Shown in pieces: positions 1 to 9,609 of a DNA stretch of 45,431 nt. Numbering within the stretch: the first letter of the stretch is position 1; the number at the start of each line of letters is the position of its first letter. Origin of the DNA: Kiritimatiellia bacterium (GTDB taxonomy: Bacteria > Verrucomicrobiota > Kiritimatiellia > JAAZAB01); contig JAXGSX010000001.1 in the NCBI GenBank assembly GCA_040775225.1, forward strand, positions 1-45,431, in the 5' to 3' direction. Under the pieces are notes generated by a model. It had not been told where the DNA came from, did no database searches, and worked only from the letters and a program-made list of their open reading frames with translations. Position numbers and translations under genes: made by a program.

Positions 1-2
1 CA

Positions 3-113
3 TGCAAACAATTGTTCATACTGATTCCGGTGGATGCGTGTCTGCGTCGGCTGAAAAGCGATTCCTTATCCATGAATCTGGTAAAACGATGGCGCACGCA
101 TCAGGCGGTGTGA
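3..113 (+). CDS. Possible 3' end of a gene truncated by the left window edge
   Basis: Frame 3 is open from the window edge for 37 codons (..CKQLFILIPVDACLRRLKSDSLSMNLVKRWRTHQAV) and ends at TGA 111-113. The family is not recognised. The region is less GC-rich than the rest of the window. Confidence 0.15.
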   Translation, partial: CKQLFILIPVDACLRRLKSDSLSMNLVKRWRTHQAV

Positions 114-148
114 ATTAAGTGATAAGCAGTTGACGAATAAATACTTAC

Positions 149-187
149 CAAGAACGTCCCCAGTTACTTCAAGAACGTCCCCAGTTA
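149..187. repeat. Tandem direct repeat, 2 x 18 bp CAAGAACGTCCCCAGTTA with 21-bp phasing
   Basis: Identical 18-mers at 149-166 and 170-187, separated by 3 nt. Read directly from the sequence. Confidence 0.9.
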
Positions 188-188
188 T

Positions 189-209
189 GGCGTTGGAATT
201 CCAGACGCC
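189..209. repeat. Imperfect palindrome GGCGT-TGGAATTCCA-G-ACGCC
   Basis: The inner 10-bp perfect palindrome TGGAATTCCA is flanked by complementary GGCGT/ACGCC arms with one bulged G. It immediately follows the tandem repeat. Confidence 0.8.
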
Positions 210-467
210 GCACCTGCAGCATAATACACCCCACCCCCCACCGCTTCGCCAAGTGCACGACAGGTCTGCCCTACGCAAGCCAGCGCCGCCCGGCCTGCTG
301 ATCTGCGCAGTGGACCGTCCCCGCCGCATCGCACCCAACTTGATTGCCATGCCGTGGAACTGGATGTCCGGCGCTTAAAGCGCCCCTGTAGCGCATTTTC
401 TGAAACCCCAGCCGGCCACCTTTGCATTCTTGTGTGGTGAATTAATTCCGTCTCTGCCCCCCTGTTT

Positions 468-2642
468 TTAAACCGGCACAATCAACTCACCGTAGCCGGC
501 ATCTTCCACCCGCAGGCGGCGGACCGCCGCCGTATCTCCGCCAACGGCAGCCTTGGCGCGGCGGAATTTCTCCGGCAGATAGACGAACAGATGTCCGGGC
601 CGCCGCGCGCGGAGGCCCCGGCAGACCAGAGCCTGCCGCCGCGGATCGTATTCCACGGCCTCGAATTCCATCCCACCCTGGGTAATGTGCCAATCCGTCC
701 CCACCAGTTGGGGCACATCCCGGACCGCCCGGATGCCAATGACGCGGCAATGTCCCGCGGGCAGACCGGACACCCGGTACCCGCCGGCATGGATGCCGAG
801 ATATTCGCCGGCCCAGAAATCAAACAGGTGATAATCCCGGCCGGCATCCAGGCCAAACGCGGCGAAATCCACGGTATAATCGCGCGGGCGCGCCAGGGGA
901 TGGGCATTGATCACGCCGGCCACATGCCAGGTCTCGCCGGCATTCGCCACCGGCAGATCCAGCAGCGCCGGATATTCATTTTCGAAAAAATCCACCGTGC
1001 GCGCTCCCGCGGAATAGGTCGGCAATACCTTGCTCAACACTGCAATCTGCGCCGGCGGCAGCGCCGGCAGATGGTCGCCCAGGATCGCCAGTCCATTGGT
1101 CAACCCCACCACGGAAGCCCAGGTCACGGCCTCGGCCAGACTGAGTTCGGAGCAGTCGCCCGCCAGGCGCACGGACAGGTAATCCGGGTCATTCGCCCAC
1201 CAGCGCCGGTGGAGGAAGCCGAAATTCATCGCGGAATTTACGCCGCGCCGGAGATATCCCGACCCGGGATAGCGGTCGCGCTCGCCGTGATGCTTGTCAA
1301 TCAACTTGACATCCCACCGCGCGCCAATATCGCCGCCGATGCGCATGGCGTCGGTCAGCCCGGCGGAAATCCCATAAAGACAGCCATTGAGCAGGTAGGT
1401 TTCATCGCCCAGGCCGGCGCGGAATGATTCCAGCCCCTGGCGCATGGCCTGGATTTTGGTCACGCTGGGGTCCGCCAGCACCCCGGCGGCGGACATCGGC
1501 TGCACATTGGCGCCGTCCAGCTTGACGTATTCGAAGCCGTACTCCCGGACGGACGCGCCCAACTGCCGCACCCACTCCCGCGCCGCCGGGATGCTGCAAT
1601 CCAGGATGTACACCTGCTTGACCGCGTAACCGCTGACCGCCACCGGACGGCTGTCGCGGTCCCGGATCACCCAATCCGGGTGTTCCCGATACAGGCGGCT
1701 GGCTTCAGCCGCCAGAAACGGGCAAAGCCAGAGACCCGGCTTGAATCCCAGTTGTCTGATTTCCCCGGCCAGCCAGCGCAGGCCGTGCGGGAATTTTTCG
1801 TTCGTCTCCAGCCAATCGCCCTCGCATCGCTGGAACCCGTGGTCGAGTTGGATGTATTCCACCGGAATTTGCTCGCGGTGCGCCGCCAGCCAGCGCGTAT
1901 TTTCCAGCACGTCTTCCTCGGTGATGTTGGCGTGGAAATAGTCCCAGGAACCCCAGCCGGCGGCCACGCGCATTGTCCGGCGCGGCGGGATTTTTTGATT
2001 CCGCGCCACCATCCCGGTATATTCATCCAAGGCTTTGGCGGGGGCATCGGCCGCGTTGACATACAGCGGCACGGTTTCCACTTGCGCGCCCGGCGCCAGC
2101 GGGAGACGGTCAAACCCGCAGGCGGCGCGCAGGTAATCCAGGCTGTAAACCGCCTCGTCGAAATGCAGCCGGAACATGCCATGCTGCCGGCCGAACCGCA
2201 GGAATCCCAGCGTCAGGTATTTCCGGTTTCGCCGGTCGCCCGCCACCATGTAATCGGCCAGGTAAAAATCATTCTTGATCGCATCGACGCGCCAAACGCC
2301 AAGATCGTAAATCCCGCCGCCATCCGTCCCTACGTCGGCAATGCCAAACACCGTCCAGGCCGGCGGCATGCTGCCGAATTCCAGCCGGCCGCCCCATTCC
2401 GCGTCAATGGAGAGTGGCGTAATTTCGCGCAGCGTCAGCGGCCGGCCGCTGACATTCCGCACCGCCGCGCGGACCAGCCAGCAGCCGGGACGCACCTGCT
2501 CCACCCGGGATGTAACTTCCACCGGCGCGCTCGGCGCGCCGGCGCATACCCGCATGACAACTCCCGCGGCATCCTGCACTACGGCTTCCGCCGCCGCGCG
2601 TTGAATGATATCCGTCGCCAGTTCCAGGTGTTTGATTTGCAT
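468..2642 (-). CDS. GH36-like alpha-galactosidase (melibiase-type TIM barrel), probably cytoplasmic
   Basis: 724-aa ORF with an ATG start. Motifs GWGSWDYF, IQLDHGF..GDW..KFPHGL and FEYVKLDGAN resemble the GH36/GH27 DDGW / GDW / K-x-D nucleophile blocks. No signal peptide. Confidence 0.7.
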   Translation of the reverse strand: MQIKHLELATDIIQRAAAEAVVQDAAGVVMRVCAGAPSAPVEVTSRVEQVRPGCWLVRAAVRNVSGRPLTLREITPLSIDAEWGGRLEFGSMPPAWTVFGIADVGTDGGGIYDLGVWRVDAIKNDFYLADYMVAGDRRNRKYLTLGFLRFGRQHGMFRLHFDEAVYSLDYLRAACGFDRLPLAPGAQVETVPLYVNAADAPAKALDEYTGMVARNQKIPPRRTMRVAAGWGSWDYFHANITEEDVLENTRWLAAHREQIPVEYIQLDHGFQRCEGDWLETNEKFPHGLRWLAGEIRQLGFKPGLWLCPFLAAEASRLYREHPDWVIRDRDSRPVAVSGYAVKQVYILDCSIPAAREWVRQLGASVREYGFEYVKLDGANVQPMSAAGVLADPSVTKIQAMRQGLESFRAGLGDETYLLNGCLYGISAGLTDAMRIGGDIGARWDVKLIDKHHGERDRYPGSGYLRRGVNSAMNFGFLHRRWWANDPDYLSVRLAGDCSELSLAEAVTWASVVGLTNGLAILGDHLPALPPAQIAVLSKVLPTYSAGARTVDFFENEYPALLDLPVANAGETWHVAGVINAHPLARPRDYTVDFAAFGLDAGRDYHLFDFWAGEYLGIHAGGYRVSGLPAGHCRVIGIRAVRDVPQLVGTDWHITQGGMEFEAVEYDPRRQALVCRGLRARRPGHLFVYLPEKFRRAKAAVGGDTAAVRRLRVEDAGYGELIVPV

Positions 2643-2666
2643 GTGATGTTTGAGATGTTACCGGAG

Positions 2667-5138
2667 TCAGAGTTGTACATCGGCAAACTCCACTACTCGG
2701 ATTTCGCCGGCGGGGACGGTCACCCGCACTTGCACCCGTCCGTTTTTCTGCCCCAACTGTTCCAGCGGCGCGCCGCGCAGCACTTCCCGCGCCCGCGCGC
2801 CGGCCGGCGCGGTGAGCGTCACCGGGGCGGCATAGGCGCCCAGGAAGAATTCAGCCTGATCCTTGGGATGCTTGATCACGCCTTCATTGTTGATCAACAC
2901 CGCCATCCAGCGCCCGTCGGCCGTGCGGTTCAGCATGAACTGGCAATTGCCCTGGATTTTGACCGGCAGGACTTCTTCCTGGATTTTAACCAGCAATTCC
3001 TCCACGATCGGCGCCGGGGTTTTCCGGTCGCGCGCCAGCAGGTAGCGCGGCGCCGTCACTACCACGTGCCCCTGTCCCACGCGGTGCCGCGTCGCCAGCG
3101 GCAGGTCCGGTTTGCCGGCCATGACCGTCTCCGCCCCCTGCAGGGTCAACGGCAGAATTTCCAGGTTGTCAGCCGGCACCGCGTTCGTTCCCACCGTCAC
3201 ACCCAGAAACGCCGGGTCGGCCATCTCGCCGCGGCACTGGGCGCTGTTGATGACCAGTGTGCCGCCCGCGCGCACGTACTGCTTCACGCGCGCCGCCAGC
3301 TCCGGCGTCCAGTGAATATCGCCCAACGGCATGGCCACGGCATATTTGTCCAGGTGTTCCTGCTTGATCACGCCGCCCTGGCTGGGCGGATTGGCGAAAA
3401 ATATGTCGCAGCAATCGCCCAGCCGGGAATTGCGGATGTTCCAGGCAAACGGTTCGTAAAACGCAACGCCCTTGAACGCGCCCGCCGAATCCACAAAACG
3501 ATCCACCGTCCGCACCGCGTGTTCGATCATGTAATCGCCATCTTCCATTTCCAGGTAATCCCAGATTTTCCAGTCCAGATTGCCGGCCCAGCCCCGCCGG
3601 CCGCCATGGCCATGGCGCAAATCCACAAGAAAGAGGATCGGTGCGTAACTCGTCCCGCGCGCCCCTTCGGGCTTGCGCGACCATTCGTGCAATTCCTTCA
3701 GCGTTGCGCCATGATGGCTTAAACGGTATCCCTTTTCCCCCTCGTCCTGGGCCACCACGGTATTTTCCGAGGCTTCCGGCTCGATAAACGTCGCCCCCTG
3801 GTAATAAGCGCTGAAGTATTCCCGGCGGATTTGCGTCGCGGACTTACCCTCGCCCGTCCGGCTGGGGCGCGGATGCGCGTAACTGGCGAAAGACGTCACG
3901 TATAACTGCCACGGGCGTCCGTATTGCCGGCCGGCGCTGCGCGTGAACAGGATACAGGCGCGGGTCGGCAGATTGGGATGCATGCCGGATACCGACATGG
4001 CCAGGGTTTTGGCGCCCCATTCCGCGGCGTATTGCGGCCAGGTGATGTTGCCGCTCATGGCGTAAACGCTGTCATGGAACAAGCTCTGCTGGTATTTGAA
4101 GTAAGCCATGACTTTTTCATAGGCATCCGCGCGGTTGGTGTAAGCCGGCAAATATTTATCCAGCATGCCGCGCCCGCGCATGCCGCGCAGGTTGCTGTCC
4201 CACTCCGGCAGCGGAAAGCCCAGGAAGGTTTTATCGTATTTGCCCAAAAACGCCGAAAACGATTCCGCGTCGAATTGTTCCGGCTGCAAGCCCAGCAGGT
4301 TGCCGGCGCCGGCGCGCCAGGGGCGGCACCGGAAGGCAAAAGGGTACTTATCCATCAAATCGCGCTCGGGCAGGCTCTCCGGACGTAAAACCAACTGCCG
4401 GAGATGCGAGGTCAACTTGACCCGCCACTCGGCGGCTGAGATGGGGGCGGCCAGCGCCAGCGTCAATTGATCCTTGTCGAACTGGAGTGAGCCGGGAGCC
4501 GCCTGCCATTGATTGCCGACGCGCGCCCAAGCTTCAAGTTTCGCGATCACCGCCGCGCCGCGGATGCCGGTGCGGCAAGCAATCCGGTTAACCGGCTGCG
4601 CCTGCGCCAGGCGCACTTCCAGGGCGGCGCGCATCGGCTGATTGCGCAAATCGTCGTTGAACTGGTCGCCCCGCGCCACGAACCAGGCCTCGGGATCGCC
4701 GGCGGTCAGCGCCGCGGGGTGAAAAAACGCCACATCCGCGTCGCTCTCCGCCGGCAGGGGCTGCACCGCCGCGCCGGCCGCCGCGTTGGCGCCGCCCGCG
4801 GCACGGAACTCCAGCGCCTGCGCGGCGATCTGCCGGTGCAGCCCATGGCGCTGCAAGAGGCCGCCGTAAGAATCAATCCGGATCACGGCCACGCCGGATT
4901 CGCGGATGAATTCTTCATCCTTGACGCCGTCGTACCCGCGCAGCGGCGGGGCCAGCATGATCCAGAAATCGCGGCCGGCAAATTCCGGCACCGGCCATTC
5001 GGCCGCCGCCGCGCGCAGCGGCTGCGCCACCAGGTTAAGCTGCTCCGCCGTCCGCGCCACCGGCGCGCCCATCATTAAAACTGCCAGGATTGAAAATAAA
5101 GTGCGCATGGCTGCCTCATAACATGTGAATTTTTTCAT
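2667..5138 (-). CDS. Secreted large protein of unrecognised family (putative glycan-active enzyme), paralog of 11882-14422
   Basis: 823-aa ORF. The alternative ATG at 5108 is preceded by GAGG and gives the canonical signal peptide MRTLFSILAVLMMGAPVARTAEQ. Collinear conserved blocks are shared with the 11882-14422 product: PEWDSN(L/I)RG, PEGARG.SY.P.LFL.D..HGH.GR.GW, DGDYM.EH..RTVD.F, D.CDIFFANPP, VR.GGTLV.N.AQC..(L/M)ADP.FLG(V/L)TV. Confidence 0.75.
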   Translation of the reverse strand: MKKFTCYEAAMRTLFSILAVLMMGAPVARTAEQLNLVAQPLRAAAAEWPVPEFAGRDFWIMLAPPLRGYDGVKDEEFIRESGVAVIRIDSYGGLLQRHGLHRQIAAQALEFRAAGGANAAAGAAVQPLPAESDADVAFFHPAALTAGDPEAWFVARGDQFNDDLRNQPMRAALEVRLAQAQPVNRIACRTGIRGAAVIAKLEAWARVGNQWQAAPGSLQFDKDQLTLALAAPISAAEWRVKLTSHLRQLVLRPESLPERDLMDKYPFAFRCRPWRAGAGNLLGLQPEQFDAESFSAFLGKYDKTFLGFPLPEWDSNLRGMRGRGMLDKYLPAYTNRADAYEKVMAYFKYQQSLFHDSVYAMSGNITWPQYAAEWGAKTLAMSVSGMHPNLPTRACILFTRSAGRQYGRPWQLYVTSFASYAHPRPSRTGEGKSATQIRREYFSAYYQGATFIEPEASENTVVAQDEGEKGYRLSHHGATLKELHEWSRKPEGARGTSYAPILFLVDLRHGHGGRRGWAGNLDWKIWDYLEMEDGDYMIEHAVRTVDRFVDSAGAFKGVAFYEPFAWNIRNSRLGDCCDIFFANPPSQGGVIKQEHLDKYAVAMPLGDIHWTPELAARVKQYVRAGGTLVINSAQCRGEMADPAFLGVTVGTNAVPADNLEILPLTLQGAETVMAGKPDLPLATRHRVGQGHVVVTAPRYLLARDRKTPAPIVEELLVKIQEEVLPVKIQGNCQFMLNRTADGRWMAVLINNEGVIKHPKDQAEFFLGAYAAPVTLTAPAGARAREVLRGAPLEQLGQKNGRVQVRVTVPAGEIRVVEFADVQL

Positions 5139-5143
5139 TGGAT

Positions 5144-6070
5144 TTACCGGTATTGTTGCCGTCCCGCCGCATATGCCGCCGCCGCCTCCGCCGCCGACGG
5201 CATCCGGTTGAACAACTTGACTTCGCCCATCAACCCTTTATACGGCAGCATCACGTTAAACACCGGGCTTTGGGCACCGAGGTAAAACAGCGCATAATTC
5301 GCCATCTTTTCATAGGAAGGCCAGCGCACCTGGCTGATCAGATAAGGGCCGCGTTCCCGGCCCACTTCCACTCCGTTGACATACATATGCGCGAACACAT
5401 CGTCATAGCCCAGCAGCAAATGCGTCCAAGCGCCTTCGGCGATTTCGGGGCCGACGATCCAATTGGGATTGAGATTGGAAACCAGCCCCTGCCAGCGGTT
5501 GCTGTTGATCATGATATAAAACGCGCCGCCGTACATCACCACGCATTTCCGCTCAGGTTCCGGCTGGGCCACCCCGCCGTCCACCGGCTTCACCCAGACG
5601 GACACCGCCATCTGGCGGGTCTGATCCTCCGCCGGATTGTCGTGGCTGACCATTTTCATGGTGCGGAGGAAATTACGGATCGGCAAACGTCCGTAGGAAA
5701 AACCGGCGACGTCGCCGCCCTTGTGCTGGAATCCAGGCAGCATCGGCCGGGCGGCATCCAGGCCGGCGGGATAGCGGCCGCCAAATTGCAGGGCATGGCC
5801 GCCCCCGGCCAGCGGCGCCCATTCCACGCCGAACAGTTCGCCGTCGCCGACCAGTTTGGTCTGGTCGTGAATAATGTATCCCTGCCCTTCGTTCATCGGC
5901 CAATGACCGATCAAGCCGGCGGGCGCCCCCGCCTCTTCTGCACGCGCCCCCGCCGCGATGGCCGCAATGCCCGCCGCCAGCCAGGCGCTGCCTCCCACCC
6001 TACACCAGCGCTGCACCCCGCGCCAAAGTCCGCGTCCGTCCAATCTTCGTTCCGACATGTTGCACCTCAT
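5144..6070 (-). CDS. LamG / concanavalin-A-like lectin domain protein, N-terminally anchored or secreted
   Basis: The N-terminal hydrophobic stretch (SAWLAAGIAAIAAGARA) is followed by LIGHWPMNEGQGYIIHD...GHALQFGG, the typical opening of LamG jelly-roll domains. The likely start is ATG 6058, preceded by GAGGTG. The stop lies 5 nt upstream of the next gene. Confidence 0.65.
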   Translation of the reverse strand: MRCNMSERRLDGRGLWRGVQRWCRVGGSAWLAAGIAAIAAGARAEEAGAPAGLIGHWPMNEGQGYIIHDQTKLVGDGELFGVEWAPLAGGGHALQFGGRYPAGLDAARPMLPGFQHKGGDVAGFSYGRLPIRNFLRTMKMVSHDNPAEDQTRQMAVSVWVKPVDGGVAQPEPERKCVVMYGGAFYIMINSNRWQGLVSNLNPNWIVGPEIAEGAWTHLLLGYDDVFAHMYVNGVEVGRERGPYLISQVRWPSYEKMANYALFYLGAQSPVFNVMLPYKGLMGEVKLFNRMPSAAEAAAAYAAGRQQYR

Positions 6071-6119
6071 TGCATTGTTTGTTGCTGTACCCGCCGCATG
6101 GTAAAATTACCGCCAGCCT

Positions 6120-9100
6120 TTAAAATATTTCCAGCCGGTATAACTTGCCGGCGCTCCAGCCCCAGGGCGTAGCGCTTTCCCCGTCCGCCGGCAGGCGCAA
6201 GCCCGGGCAAGCTGCCTGCCCGAGCGCTTCACCGGACGGACTTAAAATATGGATGGCGCCCGCCTGGTCCGCCGCCAGCAAGGCCGCCCCGGCGCGCGCC
6301 AGTTGGGTCAACGGCGCCGGGAACAGCCTATGCCAAAGCCTCTGTCCATCCAGATCGTGCGCCGCCACAAATCCCAGCCTGGTGGCGGCAAAGACCCGTT
6401 TGGCGCCAGCGTCAAAAGCCACACCGGTCACCTCGCCGCCCAAGCTGCTTTCCCATATCCGGCAACCGCTGAAGCGCCGGGGATCATCCGCCGGCGCATG
6501 CGCCGGAATATGCGCCTTGATTGGATATGGCGACAAATCGTCCAGCCGCGCCAGATCGAATAATTGCAAACTTGGATCGCAGGTCGCAGCGGCGGCGACC
6601 ACAAACCGTTTCCCGATTGACGCCACTGCGAATCCGGAGCATGCCGCGCCCACCGGCGTCAGGGAAGGCGGCGCGGCCACAAATCCGCCATCCAGATCCA
6701 GCAACAACAAATGCGCGCGATACGCCTGCAAGGAAGCCGCCACCAGAATCCGCCGGGCGTCGGATTGGCCATAACGCACAATCCGCAAGTATCCCGGCAG
6801 GCCGAGGCTGGGAAACAGGACATGCCAGGTTTCGCGCCCCTCTTGATCGTAGAGATGCACATAGCCGTCGCCGGTCCCGACCACGAAACACACCTGGCCG
6901 GCATGAAGCAAGCCAACCGCCGCAACCACCCCGGCGCCGGGCGATTGCCACCAGGGCCAGGCCGTCTCGCGATACTGGAATTCGAACTGCTTGATTTTTT
7001 CACCGGCGCCGGTGCCGATCCAGATTCCCCGCGCGCCGAATCCGGCCAGGACGTTTTTCAATACACCGCCTTCGACATACCCGGCGACACAGCGCACCGG
7101 CCCGGCCACCTGCGCATGCCATAACGTTTTTCCGGATGGATCCAAGCGGATGACCTCGCCATGTTCCGTGCCGGCCAGCATTCCATCCGCCACCGGTTGC
7201 AGGCAGGCAATCGGGCTTCCCGCGCTAAAAACGGGCATAAGGCGAATCTTTCCGTGGCCGGCGGCATCTGCCTGCGGGGCGCGGACTGCCGGCCGGTCAT
7301 GCCGGGGCGCGGCCGCCCCGGCTCCATCGGGAGCAATCGCGGCGGATGCTTGTTCCGGCCAATCGCGTAAAATCCAGGGCGCTTTTCCCCCCACTACCGT
7401 CAACTGGCCGTTTTCCGCGGTCAGCCGCAACTCCGGCTCCTCCGGCCCGCGGATTTGCGCGATATGCGCCAGCCTCAGCACACCACCCGCGCGAACCGCG
7501 CCGGCCATCCGTGTGCGGCACTCGGTGATCGCATAGGACCGGTTGTGATACCGTTCCTCCCAAACCCGGCGCCCGGCTTCCGTCTCGCCCCAGGTTTTGT
7601 CGGGCGCAACCGACGCGGTCATCATCGCACCGTCCGCCGGCAGGCCGGCCAGATGGAAATCAACGCGCGCGCCGGCCGGCGCCCGGCAGCACCAGCGCCA
7701 AGCGCGGCCTTCCAGGGTCGCCTTGCCGGGGACACGGAATATGGCTTCGGCCGCGTAATCGCCGGCCACGCGCGCAACGATGGTGTCGCACACCACCAGG
7801 GCGCCACCGGGACGCAGGTAAATTTCACGCGTCCAGTCCGCGCCGCCATAATCCGGCAACGTCATCCGCAAATACGCCGCGCCGTCCGCCCCGGATTCCC
7901 GCGCCTCCAGGCGCGCATATTCCGGCGATGGCCCGATTGCGGCGCCGCGCACAACGATCATGTCGGTGTTCAGGCCGTTTTCCATGTTTGCGCCAACCAG
8001 GCACGAGACGCCGAACCGGGCATAATCCAGTATGCCGCAGGCGTCGTTAAACGAATGCCCGCCGCCGGTGATGCCGTCCAGCAGCAGATAATCATCGTCG
8101 CGCTTCCATCCGGCGCGCACGGCGATCTTGTCGAAACATTGCGCCAGCGGCACGTCAGGCGGCGGCTGGTTAAGATATTCAGCCACATTCGGCGGATAGC
8201 TGGCATATTTATTGTAATATGCCGGGTCCACGGGAATCACGGTGATGCCGATCTGGCCGCGCGGCTCGACCGGCGCCACGCCGTTATCGAACGCGCGCAG
8301 AAAACCAACCGGCGCCCGCCAGGTCAGGCGCCGGCGCAACGGCGCCAATTCATGCACAAAACGGTAGCGGCCGTCATTGAACCAGGCGGCCGCGGTGCGC
8401 AAAGTCGGCCCGGGAAACTGCCGGTATAAATCAGAGTGGCCGGCGGACGGCATCCAGCCGTCGTTGTTCACAATGGCGATTGCGCATTCGGCGGCGGCGC
8501 GCGCGCCGCCCTCGTGGTAAAACCGGTGCGCGGGATCAATCAGGCCATACAGCACAATGGCCGGTTGGGATAAAAACCAGTCATGACACAAGCCGTCACA
8601 GTTATCCTTCCAACTCGACCGCAGGTTGGCGTAAGTTTGATCCGCGATGCGCCGCCATTCCCACGGTTCCGGCAATGTCGGGAACCGCGCCTTGAAAAAT
8701 TCCGAGACATACACCAGTGCCAGCGCGGGAATCAACTCGTGGTTGCTGCGCGGCGTGGCCGGGCCGTTGCTCGCGCGGGCTTGATTGACAATCGCGTATC
8801 CTTCCGGCCCTTCCGCCCAGTCGTAGATATACCTGTAAATCGCCGCCCGGTCATCCGGCGTAAACGCGCCCATCGATTCGCAAAGCATGAACGGCAAAAA
8901 CTTATTTAAACTGCATAAATGCATACATTTCAGGGTCAGGTATTTCCGCCACACCGCGCGGTATTCGGCGCCCAGTTGTTCCTCGCCGATCAAGTAATAT
9001 AAAAAACCTTTCCAGTCGGCGTTGGTCAGCCCGCGATCCATGAAGATTTCATCGGGATTCAGGCGCGTCTCCCGGATTTCGCGGACATGGTCATCAGCCA

Positions 9101-9557
9101 TCGGCAGCCGGGTGGCATGTACATCGAAGGTTGGCGCATCCGGCGCCGCCAGGATGCGCAGGGCTTTTTCCGCGGCCGCTTCCGCGCCGGCGGCATCGCT
9201 GTAACCGACCAGCAGTCCGTCATAACCGTTGCCGAATGGATTCGTCAGGCGCCGGACTTCATGCCCGCCCGGCCCGGGATACCAGAGGTCCGTCGCGCAC
9301 AGGAACCGGAAATACAGATCGCGCACGGCGGCGCTGTCGGCCAGGTTGCCGACCAGGATGATCGGACCCGGCGCGCGCGCCAGGGCGTCCGGCGCCGGGT
9401 CTTCCAGAATATCCACGCGCTCGGCCGGGCGGCGCAAAACGTCGCCCATCCGGCGCGCCGCCGTCCGGCCATGCTCCGAACGCGGCGCGGCGATGGTCAG
9501 GGGCGCCGCGTTCCAATCCGGCGCCGCCGACGATTGCCGGCAAAATGCTTTAAACAC
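6120..9557 (-). CDS. Heparinase II/III-like polysaccharide lyase-type domain fused to a C-terminal PQQ-like beta-propeller
   Basis: 1145-aa ORF with a GTG start at 9557, preceded by GGGAGGA with a 4-nt spacer. The central block FDKIAVRAGWKRDDDYLLLDGITGGGHSFNDACGILDYARFG resembles the heparinase II/III signature. The C-terminal ~400 aa carry repeated G.(V/I)..(L/Y)D..G..LW motifs typical of PQQ-like propeller blades. No signal peptide is evident. Confidence 0.55.
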   Translation of the reverse strand: MFKAFCRQSSAAPDWNAAPLTIAAPRSEHGRTAARRMGDVLRRPAERVDILEDPAPDALARAPGPIILVGNLADSAAVRDLYFRFLCATDLWYPGPGGHEVRRLTNPFGNGYDGLLVGYSDAAGAEAAAEKALRILAAPDAPTFDVHATRLPMADDHVREIRETRLNPDEIFMDRGLTNADWKGFLYYLIGEEQLGAEYRAVWRKYLTLKCMHLCSLNKFLPFMLCESMGAFTPDDRAAIYRYIYDWAEGPEGYAIVNQARASNGPATPRSNHELIPALALVYVSEFFKARFPTLPEPWEWRRIADQTYANLRSSWKDNCDGLCHDWFLSQPAIVLYGLIDPAHRFYHEGGARAAAECAIAIVNNDGWMPSAGHSDLYRQFPGPTLRTAAAWFNDGRYRFVHELAPLRRRLTWRAPVGFLRAFDNGVAPVEPRGQIGITVIPVDPAYYNKYASYPPNVAEYLNQPPPDVPLAQCFDKIAVRAGWKRDDDYLLLDGITGGGHSFNDACGILDYARFGVSCLVGANMENGLNTDMIVVRGAAIGPSPEYARLEARESGADGAAYLRMTLPDYGGADWTREIYLRPGGALVVCDTIVARVAGDYAAEAIFRVPGKATLEGRAWRWCCRAPAGARVDFHLAGLPADGAMMTASVAPDKTWGETEAGRRVWEERYHNRSYAITECRTRMAGAVRAGGVLRLAHIAQIRGPEEPELRLTAENGQLTVVGGKAPWILRDWPEQASAAIAPDGAGAAAPRHDRPAVRAPQADAAGHGKIRLMPVFSAGSPIACLQPVADGMLAGTEHGEVIRLDPSGKTLWHAQVAGPVRCVAGYVEGGVLKNVLAGFGARGIWIGTGAGEKIKQFEFQYRETAWPWWQSPGAGVVAAVGLLHAGQVCFVVGTGDGYVHLYDQEGRETWHVLFPSLGLPGYLRIVRYGQSDARRILVAASLQAYRAHLLLLDLDGGFVAAPPSLTPVGAACSGFAVASIGKRFVVAAAATCDPSLQLFDLARLDDLSPYPIKAHIPAHAPADDPRRFSGCRIWESSLGGEVTGVAFDAGAKRVFAATRLGFVAAHDLDGQRLWHRLFPAPLTQLARAGAALLAADQAGAIHILSPSGEALGQAACPGLRLPADGESATPWGWSAGKLYRLEIF

Positions 9558-9609
9558 ATTGTCCTCCCTGCCGCATGGCCGCTCAGTATGTCCTTCATGC
9601 CGGCCATCA

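Noticed and set aside
1680-3722. 680-aa plus-strand ORF
   Set aside because: It is antisense to two different well-supported minus-strand genes and runs straight across their boundary. Its Arg/Ala/Gly/His/Pro-rich, low-complexity composition is typical of the open antisense frame of GC-rich coding DNA. It has no recognisable motifs.
5138-6172. 344-aa plus-strand ORF
   Set aside because: It is antisense to the LamG gene (5144-6070), which has a recognisable domain opening and signal/anchor. Its composition is typical of a GC-rich shadow frame.
7455-8429. 324-aa plus-strand ORF, and similar ORFs at 591-1427, 6145-6774 and 9087-9710
   Set aside because: All lie antisense within the long minus-strand genes (GH36-like, lyase/propeller). 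They have no motifs, no SD and Arg/Pro/Gly-rich composition.
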